NCBI GenBank assembly: GCA_010909165.1 | Contig: MU008220.1 | Location: forward strand, 124,001-188,000 | Reading direction: 5' to 3' | Source: Anthoceros angustus | Taxonomy: Eukaryota; Plantae; Anthocerotophyta | Length of the DNA: 64,000 bases | Shown: positions 10,510 through 22,081 of the stretch, one piece after another | Numbering within the stretch: position 1 is the stretch's first letter | How the letters are laid out: every line of letters starts with the position of its first letter | The notes under the pieces: generated by a model | Seen by the model: only the letters and a program-made list of their open reading frames with translations | What the model was told of the DNA's origin: nothing | Databases searched by the model: none | Translations under genes and position numbers: made by a program

Positions 10510-11390
10510 TCGGAAGTGGCATATGTCACGATCCAACCCATACGAGATGGACAATGTACCAGCAGACGGTCGGTCATCTGATGAGGTACTATGNTCTTGT
10601 CTTCTGCGTGAATGTGAGGAAATATCGCCACCACCTATAGAGGGCCGCGAGAAGGGCCCATATGTCGTGTGTACAAGCTCAAGGATTTTGAGGCCTGTGA
10701 GGAGCTTTGTTCTTGAAGGCTGCTTGATGGCGTTTGACACACAGCTTCGCTGAGAGGGTAAGAGTGGCAACCGCCAATTTTCCCATCACAGTCACTAGTT
10801 GCTAGTTTCTGCAGTTTAGCACTGTGAGGGTGACCTAAGCGTGTATGCCATAACATAGCCTTGTCTTCCTGCTTTGCAGCTGTCTCTGGCGACTGGGAAG
10901 ATGAATTGGCTTTGGCATGACTAAGGTGAGTGTGCAGCCTGAAGAGGTCATGGTCTGATGACCCATAAGCTAGGATTTTACGATGATCAAAAGCATCGAT
11001 AATCCTACATTCTGTTGGAGTGAATAAGATATGAGAATTATTATCCATGTTCAACTTCCTAACAGAGATTAGGTTCCTTGTCATTTCAGGTACATGGTAC
11101 ACATCTGTAAGGAGAAGTGTAATGCCTGAAGGAACTGGAAGCCATGCGTTTTGACTGAGACACAGTGAGCTATCGTCACCTAGGTAAACAAACTGATCTT
11201 TAACTAGTCTGTAAGTGACGAATGCATTTCTATCAAAGCAAATGTGTGCTGTGGCACCTGTATCAAGGAACCACTCTTGTATGGGCTTGCCTTGTGTATT
11301 TGCTGATAGACAAGTGGGGTTAGCAAGAGGGTGAATAAACTTCCTGTTCCCTACTGTTAGGGCTGAAGGAGAGCCTTGTTTTGTCACCAC
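10510..11390 (-). pseudogene. pol: Copia protease, GAG-pre-integrase and start of integrase (element 2)
   Basis: ORF 10635..11390: EWFLDTGATAHICFD, YHVPEMTRNLISVRKL, LWHTRLGHPH. Confidence 0.93.
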
Positions 11391-11419
11391 AACATGTGTC
11401 TGAGAAGGGAGTTAGCCTC

Positions 11420-12289
11420 TGCAGGTACTCCTACCGCTTCTTACGACACTGCCTCCCAATGACTGGAATTTGGCACCAGTTGCACTTTCCAGCCTTCTTG
11501 GGCTTCTTCTGTGTAGTAGCCTTTTGAGAGCTGCTAGCACCCGAGGTATTTTGTTTACCTCTGAAGTTGGGCTTCCCGCCCTTTCCTTTGTTGTTGGTGT
11601 ATAAGGCCTGCTGCTTGCCAGCACGTTTGTTTGATCCTCTTGTAGCTTCCTCCTGGAGGAGAGCTCCCACTAACTCTGAAAATGTTCTTTGGGGCAATGT
11701 GACATTTGCAGCCTTTGCAATCTTCTTTCCTTGAAGTTGTGAGGCATTATAAGATGTCACAAAGTGTGACCACGAGTCAGGTAGGGACATTACAAAATAC
11801 AGTATGAGCATGTCTTCGTGAGATCGGTTCTGTGTTGCACTCTCGAGCTTGGACACCAAAGATCTAAAGTATCCAAGGTGTTTCTCGATTGTATCCCCAT
11901 CTCTCATTTTGCGCTTTGAAGATTGCGGATTGTCGCCATCTGACATGTTGTGTTAACTCCAAAGATACGATCCGTTAGTCTCGACTATATCTCACGCAGC
12001 TTTGCTCAAGTTTGTCTTAACATGTCAGAGGTTAGACCACTCCTGATGATGTACTGAGCAGACTCATCCTTGAGTGTCCAAGTATCCTGCAACTTCTTTT
12101 CAAAGAATCGAAAGAGAAGAGTCCAAGAGTGCAGTAGTGAGTAGGGTATTTATCTTCACCCTTCACCACTCTCCAAAGTCGCTTATGTTGCAATGCTCCA
12201 CGACCGCATGACCCATATGTCGAAGTCTAACCCCCAAATCTGTCCTTTTCCTTGAATACATCAATACTCGAATTGTTCGAGTCAGCCAT
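11420..12289 (-). pseudogene. gag: Copia gag (element 2)
   Basis: ATG at 12289 (MADSNNSS); KMRDGDTIEKHLGYFRSLVSKLES..SLPDSWSHFVTS..LLQEE; zinc knuckle KCNWCQ. Confidence 0.92.
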
Positions 12290-12394
12290 GTCTAGGACTA
12301 ACGTTAGCCCTTCCTAAAAGTTAGGAGCTTATGACGGTAATGCACCGTCTCGACCTATCCTGCAGTCAATGTGGCTGATTCGTGATGTAATGAG

Positions 12395-13166
12395 TTAGGG
12401 TAAGATGCTATTGTCGCATCTAGGTATGCTGCTCTCTGCAGCAAACCTACAAGGGTTCAGCAGGGTCAGCAAGTCTGTCAGCCTGAGGTAGGTTAACAGC
12501 TTGCATATTGACTCTGTTTTCAATTTTCTGTTTCCTACTTTCCCATCTATTGAAAGCATATGTAGAACAAGATGGGCACGAGTTTGGAGTATTAAACATG
12601 TGAAACCTATCTGTTTTGCTTGCTTTCTTACATGCAGTGCCTCTGATTGCAGGGTTTGCAAGTAATGCAGGCTTCAACAAGGTAAGTAGTTTAAAATCCA
12701 GGTGCTCTATCTTTTCTATAATGTCTCGTGATATCAACACTAGATGCAAGCAGAGCTGATTGTTTGAAATCTCCGTCGACATGTCTTGATGCCAATCCTA
12801 TCAATCAATTGTGTAACACTTGTGTGTGGTGTGACATGTGGTTAGGAAACCTCCGGGTGACCATTTCCATCAAATGCACGCTGTACACGTATTTCTGGGA
12901 GTTGATTAGGATTTCTAGGTGGAGGAACGAATGCAAGGTGACGTTGGTCAGGAAATAGGGTTTCAATTATAGTATTGAGAGACTCCCTTAATTCCAGCGC
13001 AAGTATAGGTTGATCTTGTGTCTGAATCATCCATTCTTGGGTGAGTTGATGGAGAATTCCAGCCACGTTGTGCCTGTTTACTTGTGTGCCTCCGCCGCGA
13101 CTCATGTGGAACTCGCCACAGGCGAGGCTGCCATTGCTGTCCTCCATGTAGATTAGCCATTGACAT
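12395..13166 (-). CDS. Extra ORF upstream of gag (ORF0) in element 2; frameshifted as sequenced
   Basis: MSMANLHGGQQWQPR..LELRESLNTIIETLFPDQRHLAFVPPPRNPNQLPEIRVQRAFDGNGHP..EKIEHLDFK..ACKKASKTDRFHMFNTPNSCPSCSTYAFNRWESRKQKIENRVNMQAVN. Confidence 0.8.
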
Positions 13167-13489
13167 GGCAACATTTTTATGTTTTCTGAAATGCTTCAAG
13201 AAGCATATTGTAATTTCTATATGTTTTTATAAAGAATTTTTGCCTCTTTAGGCAGTCGTTCTAGTTTCGATATCAAATTGTCGAATTTGACGCACTAGGA
13301 ATGACTCTAGAAAAGCAAATTTTCTAAATAAAAGTCAAGAAAGCAAATCACAAGTTATTTTCTTGAACATTTTCTATATTTCTGATTAGAAGCTATTTTC
13401 TAATCAAGAAACAACATAAAAATTTATATATGCACATCTACATGTGCAATTTAATGTGCATTCTCATGAATGCAATCTACACCTAGCAA

Positions 13490-13501
13490 GGCTCGATACC
13501 A
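13490..13501 (-). promoter_or_regulatory. Primer binding site (tRNA-iMet type), element 2
   Basis: Minus strand TGGTATCGAGCC, same as element 1. Confidence 0.88.
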
Positions 13502-13740
13502 TTACGAAATATGGAAATGGTGTAGACCAATTACATTAGGTAATTACATTATAATAAATATGTTCATAAGAATGAATGATAGAATAACCAAGAAAGGCTA
13601 GACTTAATCTAAGTGAAAAGACATAACTCTTCATAAAGGGGCGAACCCTAATGAAAGGGTAAGCCAATTTGAAATCTATATACACACCACATATATCTAG
13701 GTAATATCGAACCCTAATGAGTCAACACCTATTCATAGTA
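13502..13740 (-). repeat. 5' LTR of copia element 2 (~240 bp)
   Basis: Colinear with 6347-6598 and shares the 21-mer aaccctaatgaaagggtaagc. Right boundary inferred by alignment only. Confidence 0.78.
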
Positions 13741-14149
13741 CCGTAGCTACTCTAATCCTTTTGCTTATTATGCCTCAAGTATACAAAGTGCCATATCATC
13801 CACTTTACTCCATCCTTTCCTCGCACTGCCTTGTGGGGCCACTTTGATTCTCAACCACCCAACCACCTTAACAAAGGTGCAACTCAACGTGACTATTAAG
13901 GTGGGTGAGCAAAGTGGCCAAAGCAACGTGGTCTCTTCTCGCCTTCCCGACTACCATCCTTCTCCATTTTCATCCTCCCCGCACTTTTGATCCAATCCTC
14001 CGCTTGGGGAATCTTACAATCCTTATTTTCCCATTCAAATCGCTCCCCAAAGAAAAGAAAATCACACACACAACCGCTTTCCCGGTTATTAACATCCAAT
14101 GCGATCTCCCACATCGCCTTCTCATTTGTTGGCATCCTCACCAACCTAG

Positions 14150-16005
14150 GCATAATACTTCTTCACGCCAACCATTCACCCGAATTGGTAACCACGTTCC
14201 ATCCTATTGACATAATTGCACATAACCATTTTCAAATACCTCTAGGACGGTATATGATTCCATCCAATCGTAGGTGCAACTTCCCGAAAATGCATGAATC
14301 GCTATCATACAATAATGCGTGGTCACCCGGCTTTACCTTTACCGCTCGCAACCGCTTGTCATGCATCCTCTTTCTTTGTGTTTGTACCATGCCCATTTGG
14401 ATCCTAGCTTCCTCCAGTGGCGGACGCTCAAGGAGGGAGCTTACATCGGCTTTAGTTTGCCGCTCAATTGCCGGCAGTAACGCTCACACCCTGCAAAGAC
14501 GCATTTTAAGTGTGTTCTCTTCCTTGGTGGCATAGTAGTGGTCATTTGATATGTCAAATCGCTGGCCAATGCTGATGGATCGATGAGCCTCCTCCGCTTT
14601 GTTGTTCTGACTTTTGCAATAAAGATCGCAGATGGCTCGCAAATGTTGAGCTTCACTTGCGCTGTATTTCAATGCCATGTTTGGGTCGTTGAAGTCAAAT
14701 ATCGCCTTTGACCTACACACAGTTCGGCACGAGCGTCATTGTCCCATTGAACTGGTCCACCACTTGCATGATGCCAATTTGATCTGCATAATGGGCCCGT
14801 AGAGCTCCACCCTTTCCTTTGTCAGACAACGTTATTTACTCCATCAACTTGATCAAGCATCCTTGCCCCGCATCGGATCCACGGCCCGTCGACTCTAATC
14901 GTAACATCCGAGGATGCCTAGGCACCTCTACACGCCTACCACATGGCTTGCTCAAAGGCTCAATCAAGATAGGCCTATATTGACTAGCAAGAGGTCTCAA
15001 GTTCTCCGTCCCATCCATCCCCTCAAGCATTGAGAGGCAAACCTTTCGATCGAGTATTCATTATCTCCCACAAAATTTGGTCTTCCCAATCTTGCTGGTG
15101 CAATGCTTCAAAGTTACGGTCATGAGGTTCACCGGTGACAAATGCTCCCAATCGGATTTCATGGGCTCACAAGCAACGAACACTTCTTTCTTTGATCTTG
15201 GCTTGGGCTTCTTGTCATATCCAAAGTCATGGCATAGAGGTTCGCTATCGTCAGCCCACGCATCTGCTTCCTCAACTTCATCCTTCAGACTCAAACCTTC
15301 TAAATAAGGTACATATCCAGCCAACATTAGGCCAACTTTTGAAAATTTCCTCCTCATCGATTCCACTTCAAAACCATCTTCCACCACGTTCCCTCCTATC
15401 CGTACGTAACCAATTTAAAGGGTGACCTCAAAAGCATCCGGATCACGATACCGTAGTACAACCAAATGATGAACATTTTTCATCGAATATGACCGGTAGA
15501 AACCTTTAGAGTACGCTCTGCATCCCGCGCCCCCAGAGCCCCACGGTTGATCCACACCAAACAATTCAGAAAATCGCAGAATGACTTGGCCATCTAGGTG
15601 ATACAAGGATAGACGGATCCAGCTTTTGATTGACCTCCGCACCGAATGATCATCATTGGCCACACATAGATCCCGAAATACAATACATGTTCTCAATATG
15701 ATTGAATCAACGATTCCTTCTCATGCGAAAGACTTAAGTGTAAGTAGTTTGCCAACCCATGGAATCATATATTAGGCTGGTTTGAATGAGCGCTTTCAGC
15801 CCTAAACCGCATTGACATTTTACGACTTGGCTTGGGCCCGCCAAAATCCACGAGTCCGGTCATCGCATCATAATCATCTTCTTCAAGTATTGAGGTGCGG
15901 GCGTAGCAAAGCCGCTTCAACATAAAATTGTTGATCCCAAGGGGTATATGGAGCTCGGTTCCGTGTCCTCAACTTCTTCTCGTATGTCCTCACAAATGGC
16001 GGCAT
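14150..16005 (-). mobile_element. Internally deleted Ty3/gypsy remnant (non-chromovirus, Athila/Tat-like): gag, protease start, integrase C-terminus; present in every unit
   Basis: Gag-like MPPFVRTYEKKLRTRNR..HIE..VFRDLCVANDDH; EDQILWEIMNAR; ELPIMRIRIG; integrase GPY/F-type tail KPGDHALLYDSDSCIFGKLHLRWMESYTVLEVFENGYVQL..DGTWLPIRVNGWR.KKYY (read from copy 4). RT and RNase H are absent. Confidence 0.8.
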
Positions 16006-17174
16006 CCTCACCCCGAGGAAACCTAGAGACAACGACTAAAATCATGAGCCGAGGCAACTTGAAAGGCGGAAAGTGCACTTGCAACACTAAGAGCTAACCA
16101 TCGCACTTCCCAAGCTGCAGCCCTGTAGAGGCCAAAGGAAGGAGGAGAAGGTCATGATGCAGGACATCCCACCAAGTTTACAATGAATAGAGCTCGAGCG
16201 CTCCAACTAGAGGAAGAAGAGAGCACTTACCACGCTCAAGACAGAATGCTAGCGAGAGTATAGACGATCATTCTCATCCCGCAAGAGCCAACAACCACTT
16301 CATTCATTCACAACTACCGCTGCATTTGCAAGCTCAAAAGGAACGTTGCAACCTCGGAAGAAGCAAAAACATCAAAACAAAAGGCGAGGTCGGCACTTGG
16401 GAACCGCCACAGCTTGGAGACAAGAAGGTAATCGACATCGAGACCTCCATCGCCGAGCTTCCCTGACGAACCCGTTCAAGTTCGCCATACTCCTCTTCAC
16501 CTTCGTCCTCCCTCTTTGGCCAAACGGTGGGCCCATAAAGCCTCATGCCGTGATCGCCGCACTCTCTTACTTGGTTTGCCTCGCACTAGATTCCGCACCT
16601 GTGCCCAGTCAGTCTCTTGTTCCACCACTTGGGTGGCCTGCCAAAGATCACCAGCAGGTGGTGTGCATGATAATTTCTCGCTCCTCAACGATAAGATGCC
16701 AATTGTACATGGAGGGGCGGGCATTCCAAGACTAGGATCTTGAGAATCAACAAGACCCCGGTGATACTCGAACTGCTATGGGCCCTAAGATTGAGGCCCC
16801 ATATGGAGTCTATAGGGACCATGGGCAATTATCTCTTCATGATTATCGCCCACTACTATGATCAAGCTAGTCTTTGAACATGATTCATGTAACCCAGAAC
16901 TGCAAAACAATTTGAAGATTAACCATAATATTTTAGTATGATGATGCTATTAAATAAGGATGAAATATTTAAAATAATATGTTATAAATTCATTCCAAGA
17001 TATAACTTGCACGGATTCTACTTTAATTTGTATATGTTATTAATTACCATGAGAAAAAGTCGTCACGTTTGTCTCCGTGAAAGACTTTGAGGTGTTCGAG
17101 TTTTGTTCGCCACAAATTTAAAGTGAAAATGTCCCGCAATACAATTAGGCCAAAATCATGCAAGTAAGGATAGG

Positions 17175-17200
17175 TAGATAGATAGATAGATAGATAAATA
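17175..17200 (+). repeat. (GATA)n microsatellite, present in each unit
   Basis: tagatagatagatagatagataaata; also near 25498, 35388, 44835 and 62500. Confidence 0.85.
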
Positions 17201-17694
17201 GAATATTTTACTACATACAGTGTCTCGAACAAGGAAACTAATGCGCCTCGATGAGGAATATATGTATGTAAACAAGAATGCACATGTCGTCATTCATAAG
17301 GTAGAAATAAAAAAGAATGGAAAAATGGGGAAGAGATCTTACAGCGAGTGCCGATTGGTCTACCCTTTTATTCAACCAACTTCGACCAGACACAGAGACT
17401 CTTTCTTTCATCTTGCTCAAGACTCTCGATAAGGTTTTCATGAATCATTCATCTAGCTCGAGGCTTTCAATAAGTTATGCCACACGTTGTTCCCATAGAT
17501 GTTATTTTTAAATACGAGATGGGAGATAAAAGGAAGAACTTTTATGTAGACTTGAAAAGTGAGATAGTAGACCCTCTAGAAAGAAATTCGTGTCGTAAAT
17601 AGGGAGAAGATATAAGACAATTTATTGACAAATAACAAGCTAGGCTAGATAGATCAAAGAAGAAGAAAAAAGGTGGAGGAGGAGGAGAAGAAAT

Positions 17695-18390
17695 GTTTTA
17701 TAGTTCTATTGTTCTATACTTTATAGAAGTGAACTTTAGATTAAATTTGGGTTTATATAACCTCAAACAGAGACAAAAAAGACCTAAAAAGTAGTCAAAA
17801 CTTAAAATTCAATTGAAATATATATGGAAAGTGGAAAGAACTAAATAGAAAGAGATCCGCCTCATTACAATAGTAGTTGTTGAAATCTATTTCTTCTTTG
17901 TCACTCCATGGAAATCCACTTAATGTCTATTTGTGAACTAGCAGAGAGAGATACACCATGAGGAGCTTAGAACCATTCAAGGAAGATATATGATTATATA
18001 AAATAATGCAAATTCGCAGATTTTGGATAATACATGAACTTAGAACTACTTAAGGTCTATATAATAACGGGAGACTTTATAAAGATGCAAAAGAAATATT
18101 TTATAGTTCTATATTTTATAGTAGTGAACTTTAGATTAAAATTGGGTTTATATAGACCCAAACAGAGAGAAAGGGGTACATAAATAAAAGTGGTCAAAAC
18201 TTGAAATTCAATTGAAAGACATATGGAAAGTGAAAAGAATCAAAGAGAAAGAGATCCCTCATTACGATAGTAGTTGTTAAAATCTATTTCCGTGGTCACC
18301 CATGGAAATCAACTCAATATCTATTCTTGAAGAGAGAGAGATACACCTATGGACGAAGTTTAGAAGTATTAAAAGAAGATATAGAAAACT
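17695..18390. repeat. AT-rich ~390-bp sub-repeat: 2 diverged copies here, 3 in unit 2 (26010-27110)
   Basis: Recurring gtgaactttagattaaa.ttgggtttatata...aaattcaattgaaa..atatggaaagtg...ccatggaaatc...gagatacacc. Confidence 0.85.
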
Positions 18391-18391
18391 A

Positions 18392-20028
18392 AATTTTATT
18401 GAGGGCAAAACATTGCTGGAAAAGCCCATCCAAAGAAAGGACAACCAAGGGGACCTAAGGATCGAGGTGAAAGGAGCAACAAAGCTCCCTACCGTAAAAG
18501 CTCGATTGCGCCTTACGATGTCGATGCGGAAGAGAAAACGCCCTACAAACTACGGAGGTTGAGGAGGATGCGTCGCCTAATGTCGCCGCTTTGTGGATGA
18601 CGCCGAGAGAGGCTTGTTGAAGAGCAATTGAAACTCGTTGTCAAAGAATGCCGTGAAATAAGTTAGAGAGGGACAGCCCGTGCCTACGGCATGATAAGCC
18701 TTAGCGCAGACTTGAGAAAAGTATCAAAGTCCCGAGCCAACGCCCATGTGTTTCAAGGGTGAGCGGAATGAATTGGTGGCCCGCTTGCATCGCGCTATAT
18801 TCCCCGACTTTGATAGTCACCCCCGCAGCCCAACCCGCATAGTTAGTGATAACCCGTGCGGATGGAGTCGCGTGAAGGCTCGCTACCACCACATCCACCA
18901 ACAAAACCTCCGGTTGCGGTGCGTCACCGATTGACCGACCAAGATGAAGAGGTACCGCCTCCCTCGGGCTATGTAGGCACGCAAACGTGACATCAGATGG
19001 TGTCATGGGTGGAAATGCGATGATCCCATGGGGTAACGAGCAAGGTGTATCCCGAGTCATCAAGGCGAGCCGCATTCGCAAGTAAGGAGAGAGGAAGCCA
19101 CGGAGCAGCCAAGACAAGCGCATCGCAGAGAGAAGGTGGTTGGTGCGATGTGAAAGCCTTGTATACATGGACGAGCCAATAGCTGTGCACCGCGCCCTTC
19201 AGAGGAAGAGCAAAGTCGCACTCGTGGACCTCGGAATGGAGGGGTCCATGAGGACGGACTAGAAGGCCTTACAAAGTTGCTTCTCGTGGATGCTTACAAC
19301 CCCTAAGCCACGGGCAACGTGCGGATGAGATAACTGTACGCCTAGCAAAAGAAGAGAAAAGTATACCAAAGGCCATCCGTGCATCCTCCGCAAAGAGAAG
19401 TCCTCGCGATGTGGGAGAGGTCTTCCATGAGCCTGACGAGGAACCTCCAAATGAAGTCAAGAGAAGCAAAGGGACTCCCAAAATCCGCAGTCGGGGCTAG
19501 AGCAATATTCTCCCCAGAGAATCGCAGTAGGGGTGATCTCCCCAGACCGACACGCAGACTTGGACAGCTTGACCTTCAAGCCCACCAAAGAAAGCTCATG
19601 TGAGAAGAGCTCAAGGCCTCCTTGACCTTGTCCCTCTAGAGGCTCGAGGATGTGAGAGTCATCTACCAAATCAAGGAAGACATAGTCACATGCAGAGAGG
19701 GCTGGATAGGGCCCTCAGTGAGCGATTGCAAAGAGAGCACCTCCCAGGGTCGCCTACCGACACCGTGGACGACTCCAAGACAAAGATGGCAAACTCGATG
19801 GTACGCTTCTGCCGATAGTAGAGATTGGAGGACCTCCTGTAGAAGCTCGACAAAGGTATAAGGCTCCCAAGACACCTCATTCTTGAGTTCCTCAAGATAT
19901 GACGCCTAGAGATAGTATTGAAGGCGTTTCTCCACGTCCACTTGTAAGACCACCCACTGGGTGGATATAGAGGCATGCCATCACTCCAAACACCACGGAC
20001 TCGCAACCCCGTGAGCTCCTAGAGAAGG
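18392..20028 (-). mobile_element. 5'-truncated CRE-like (RLE-type) non-LTR retrotransposon, copy 1
   Basis: Motifs pieced together across copies. RT: GCESVVFGV..WVVLQVDVE.AFNTISR..LIPFVRSFYG..GIRQGDPLGGALFAIAH..FPSLVDDSHIL..LSLVGLKVKLSK. Knuckle: SAMRFRLG..CECGS.LDDSGIHL. RLE: THDTI..DLYL..VDVVV..KVREY..FIPLTLETYGRW. Then RQRVSIALQ and AATAAA at 18395-18400. Confidence 0.9.
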
Positions 20029-20029
20029 A

Positions 20030-20793
20030 CATGTGCATTATTTAGTACTACCGAGCGCCACTATGTTCTGGAAGAGTACAAATGGTGGGAGGCCTGTGTT
20101 GATTAGGAGGAGATTGGTGTTATAGTGGACAACCATATCGGTGGTTCTCGAACGCCCATGGAAGTGGTTTTCTAGGTTGGAGGCCGATGGCACGGCCGAG
20201 CCACTTCGTGTTCTCGATGAGGCTTGTTGAAGCAAGATATTGCGAACTTCACAACGCGATATGTATTTGGGGGCATATAAAAACTTGTGCATGCAAAGAA
20301 GAAGAAATGACGCGTTTGAATGGCGATATTACGGAGATCAAGAAAGGAATGTTCCTAGCGCCTTGCACTATAGACACTCACAATGTGCCATTTTGGATTA
20401 AAAGATCATAGAAGTGAAGTTGGAATCATCGAAATCTCACTTCCTTGTTCGTATATGACCATACAAATGCTTATGAGGGAGATATGTGGAGGAAATATAT
20501 AATTCAAGGAAGTGGAACCCAACATGGCTTCAAGCTAGGGAACAAAGGAGTAAAACCTTCTATCCCAAAAATATTCAACAGTCCATGTGAACGAAACGAT
20601 AATCCTTTATTATGGATTTGTGTTGAATGCTCGAAAGCATTTACATGTTGTTGACAAGAAAGCGATCGTGATAAGTTGAGTGAATTACGTGGTTCATACC
20701 ACTACTCAAAGTGCAGCTGATCATGAAGATAGTGATGAAAATGGTGCTAACGACAAGCCCAGCACAACGAAGGAGTGAACTCGAGATGAGTAA
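20030..20793 (+). pseudogene. 3' fragment of an unknown, probably transposase-associated gene (SH3/Tudor-like barrel by inspection); in every unit
   Basis: EIKKGMFLA..PFWI..EV..SHFLVRWYMTEHTNAYEGDMW ... TIILYYGFVLNARKHLHVVDKKAIRDKL, then an acidic tail and stop, followed by an AT-rich 3' region with AATAAA near 20957. Confidence 0.6.
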
Positions 20794-21089
20794 ACTTGCT
20801 TGCATGGAGAAGGAATTGGGAGGAGGCAATGGTTGCCGATACTCGATAAATGTAGGGATTCTTCATCCAATTTAAATTATAATTGCATCGCTTGTAGGAG
20901 CCTTTGTTATGGTATGTAAGCGGGTGAAAGCTTTTGTCCATTGCCATCGCTTTGCAATAAAAACCATGTTTCCTTATACGTGTTTTCAACACAACATTTA
21001 AATAATGTACGGGTTAAATGATTAGCCGTTGTCCCAAGAATATGGAAAATGTGTTGGCCATTTACACTTCGCCAAGGATGACAAATATA

Positions 21090-21777
21090 TATGCATGTTA
21101 CCCCACCCCAACCCTCTTGGATCGGTTGCTTGTGTTTGTTATGGTGCTTGTGGTACCGTGGGGACCGAATAGGGCAGCGGTAAACCTCCGGGACAAGACA
21201 GGCGCCGACCGTGCCCCGCCTCCACTAGCAGCCCGCCAAGTATACGTTGCTTAAAACCCAAAGTAGATGACCTTAACCCTTTGAAAACCCTAGACTTCAA
21301 AATGTATTTGCGTAAGACTTTGGTTTTTTGCCTAACCATACTTTCCCACATTTCGAGGCAAATCCGAGATAAGGGGATTGCTTTCCCGATGGTAAAGGTC
21401 AATGGTGGGTCTTACTTTGCCAAATCATATGGGTAAAGAATTGCGAACACCCTTCTACCAAGGTACCCATGTTGAAAAAGTGGGCAAGGTGAATGGGACA
21501 CCCTTTTTTGTGGTACTTTCACTAAAAGGTGATATCCGACGATTTAAGACCCATGTGTGGTTAACCCTTTGGCACATGTTTAAGACAAAACCCTCATCAT
21601 GTATATTCCCCTTGAAGGTTTACTGTTGGGGGCTCTTGTAGGACCAACAAAATCTCGCATGAACTCTAGGTGTAGCTCGTCCACAAACTCCTCCGCCTTG
21701 TTGCTCCACATTTGCGCCTTGACGGTGGGGGCAGGGTTGTGCATTTTGAGCCTTCTTTCCTGCGCCGCCCGAGCCAT
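21090..21777 (-). pseudogene. Putative 3' extra ORF of the gypsy remnant, downstream of the integrase of the next unit
   Basis: MARAAQERRLKMHNP..AQMWSNKAEEFVDELHLEFMRDFVGP..LTFTIGKAI..MWESMVRQKTKVLRKYILKSRVFKG; same strand as, and ~0.7 kb 3' of, the integrase tail. Confidence 0.5.
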
Positions 21778-22081
21778 GGTACCGCCAACCACAAAGGAGA
21801 GAAAGGGAGAAGATGGAAAGAGCAACTCTTATGACGAGCGCAAGCTTGGCACCTGGCGACAGCACAAATCAAGAGAGCAAAAGAGCTTAAGGTTGCATGC
21901 GGCGATGGCGGAGAGGGAGAGGTGCACACAAATAGAAAGATGCCCAAGATGAGAATTGAAGGGTGCGTTCTTATGCCTCGCATGTTGTCCTTGCCACCGT
22001 GCCTTAATTGTCAGTTCCTTAGGCTGCCGGCAGACACCCTGGTCCCCTACCGAATCAGCGCTGAGCGTAACGGCCGGGGCC

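Larger units (their letters stand above)
10510..13740 (-). mobile_element. Ty1/copia element 2, diverged relative of element 1, 3'-truncated within integrase
   Basis: LTR 13502-13740, PBS 13490-13501, ORF0, gag from 12289, protease, LWHTRLGHPH, start of integrase (LELVHTTYGPFSRPSIGGG). No RT or RNase H. Confidence 0.92.
13749..22081. repeat. Composite tandem unit copy 1 (8333 bp)
   Basis: Unit start actctaatccttttgcttattatgc recurs at 13749, 22082, 30781, 40392 and 58813, with colinear content. Confidence 0.97.

Noticed and set aside
13987-14535. 182-aa + strand ORF and similar ORF-track calls across the array
   Set aside because: Antisense shadows of the gypsy or CRE coding strand; frames are not preserved between copies.
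16520-16580. GPIKPQAVIAALSYLVC resembling the gypsy integrase core GPIKP motif
   Set aside because: The preceding catalytic D motif and the following DYxTKW are missing, so it is likely coincidental.
21073-21083. CAAGGATGACA matches part of U6 snRNA
   Set aside because: Only 11 nt, with no ACAGAGA box or other U6 sequence nearby. Better explained as a transposon end or chance.
13749-22081. Tandem unit as an rDNA, 5S, snRNA or SL-RNA gene repeat (size is rDNA-like and CRE elements target such arrays)
   Set aside because: No recognisable rRNA or snRNA sequence in the unit; most of it is explained by TE fragments.
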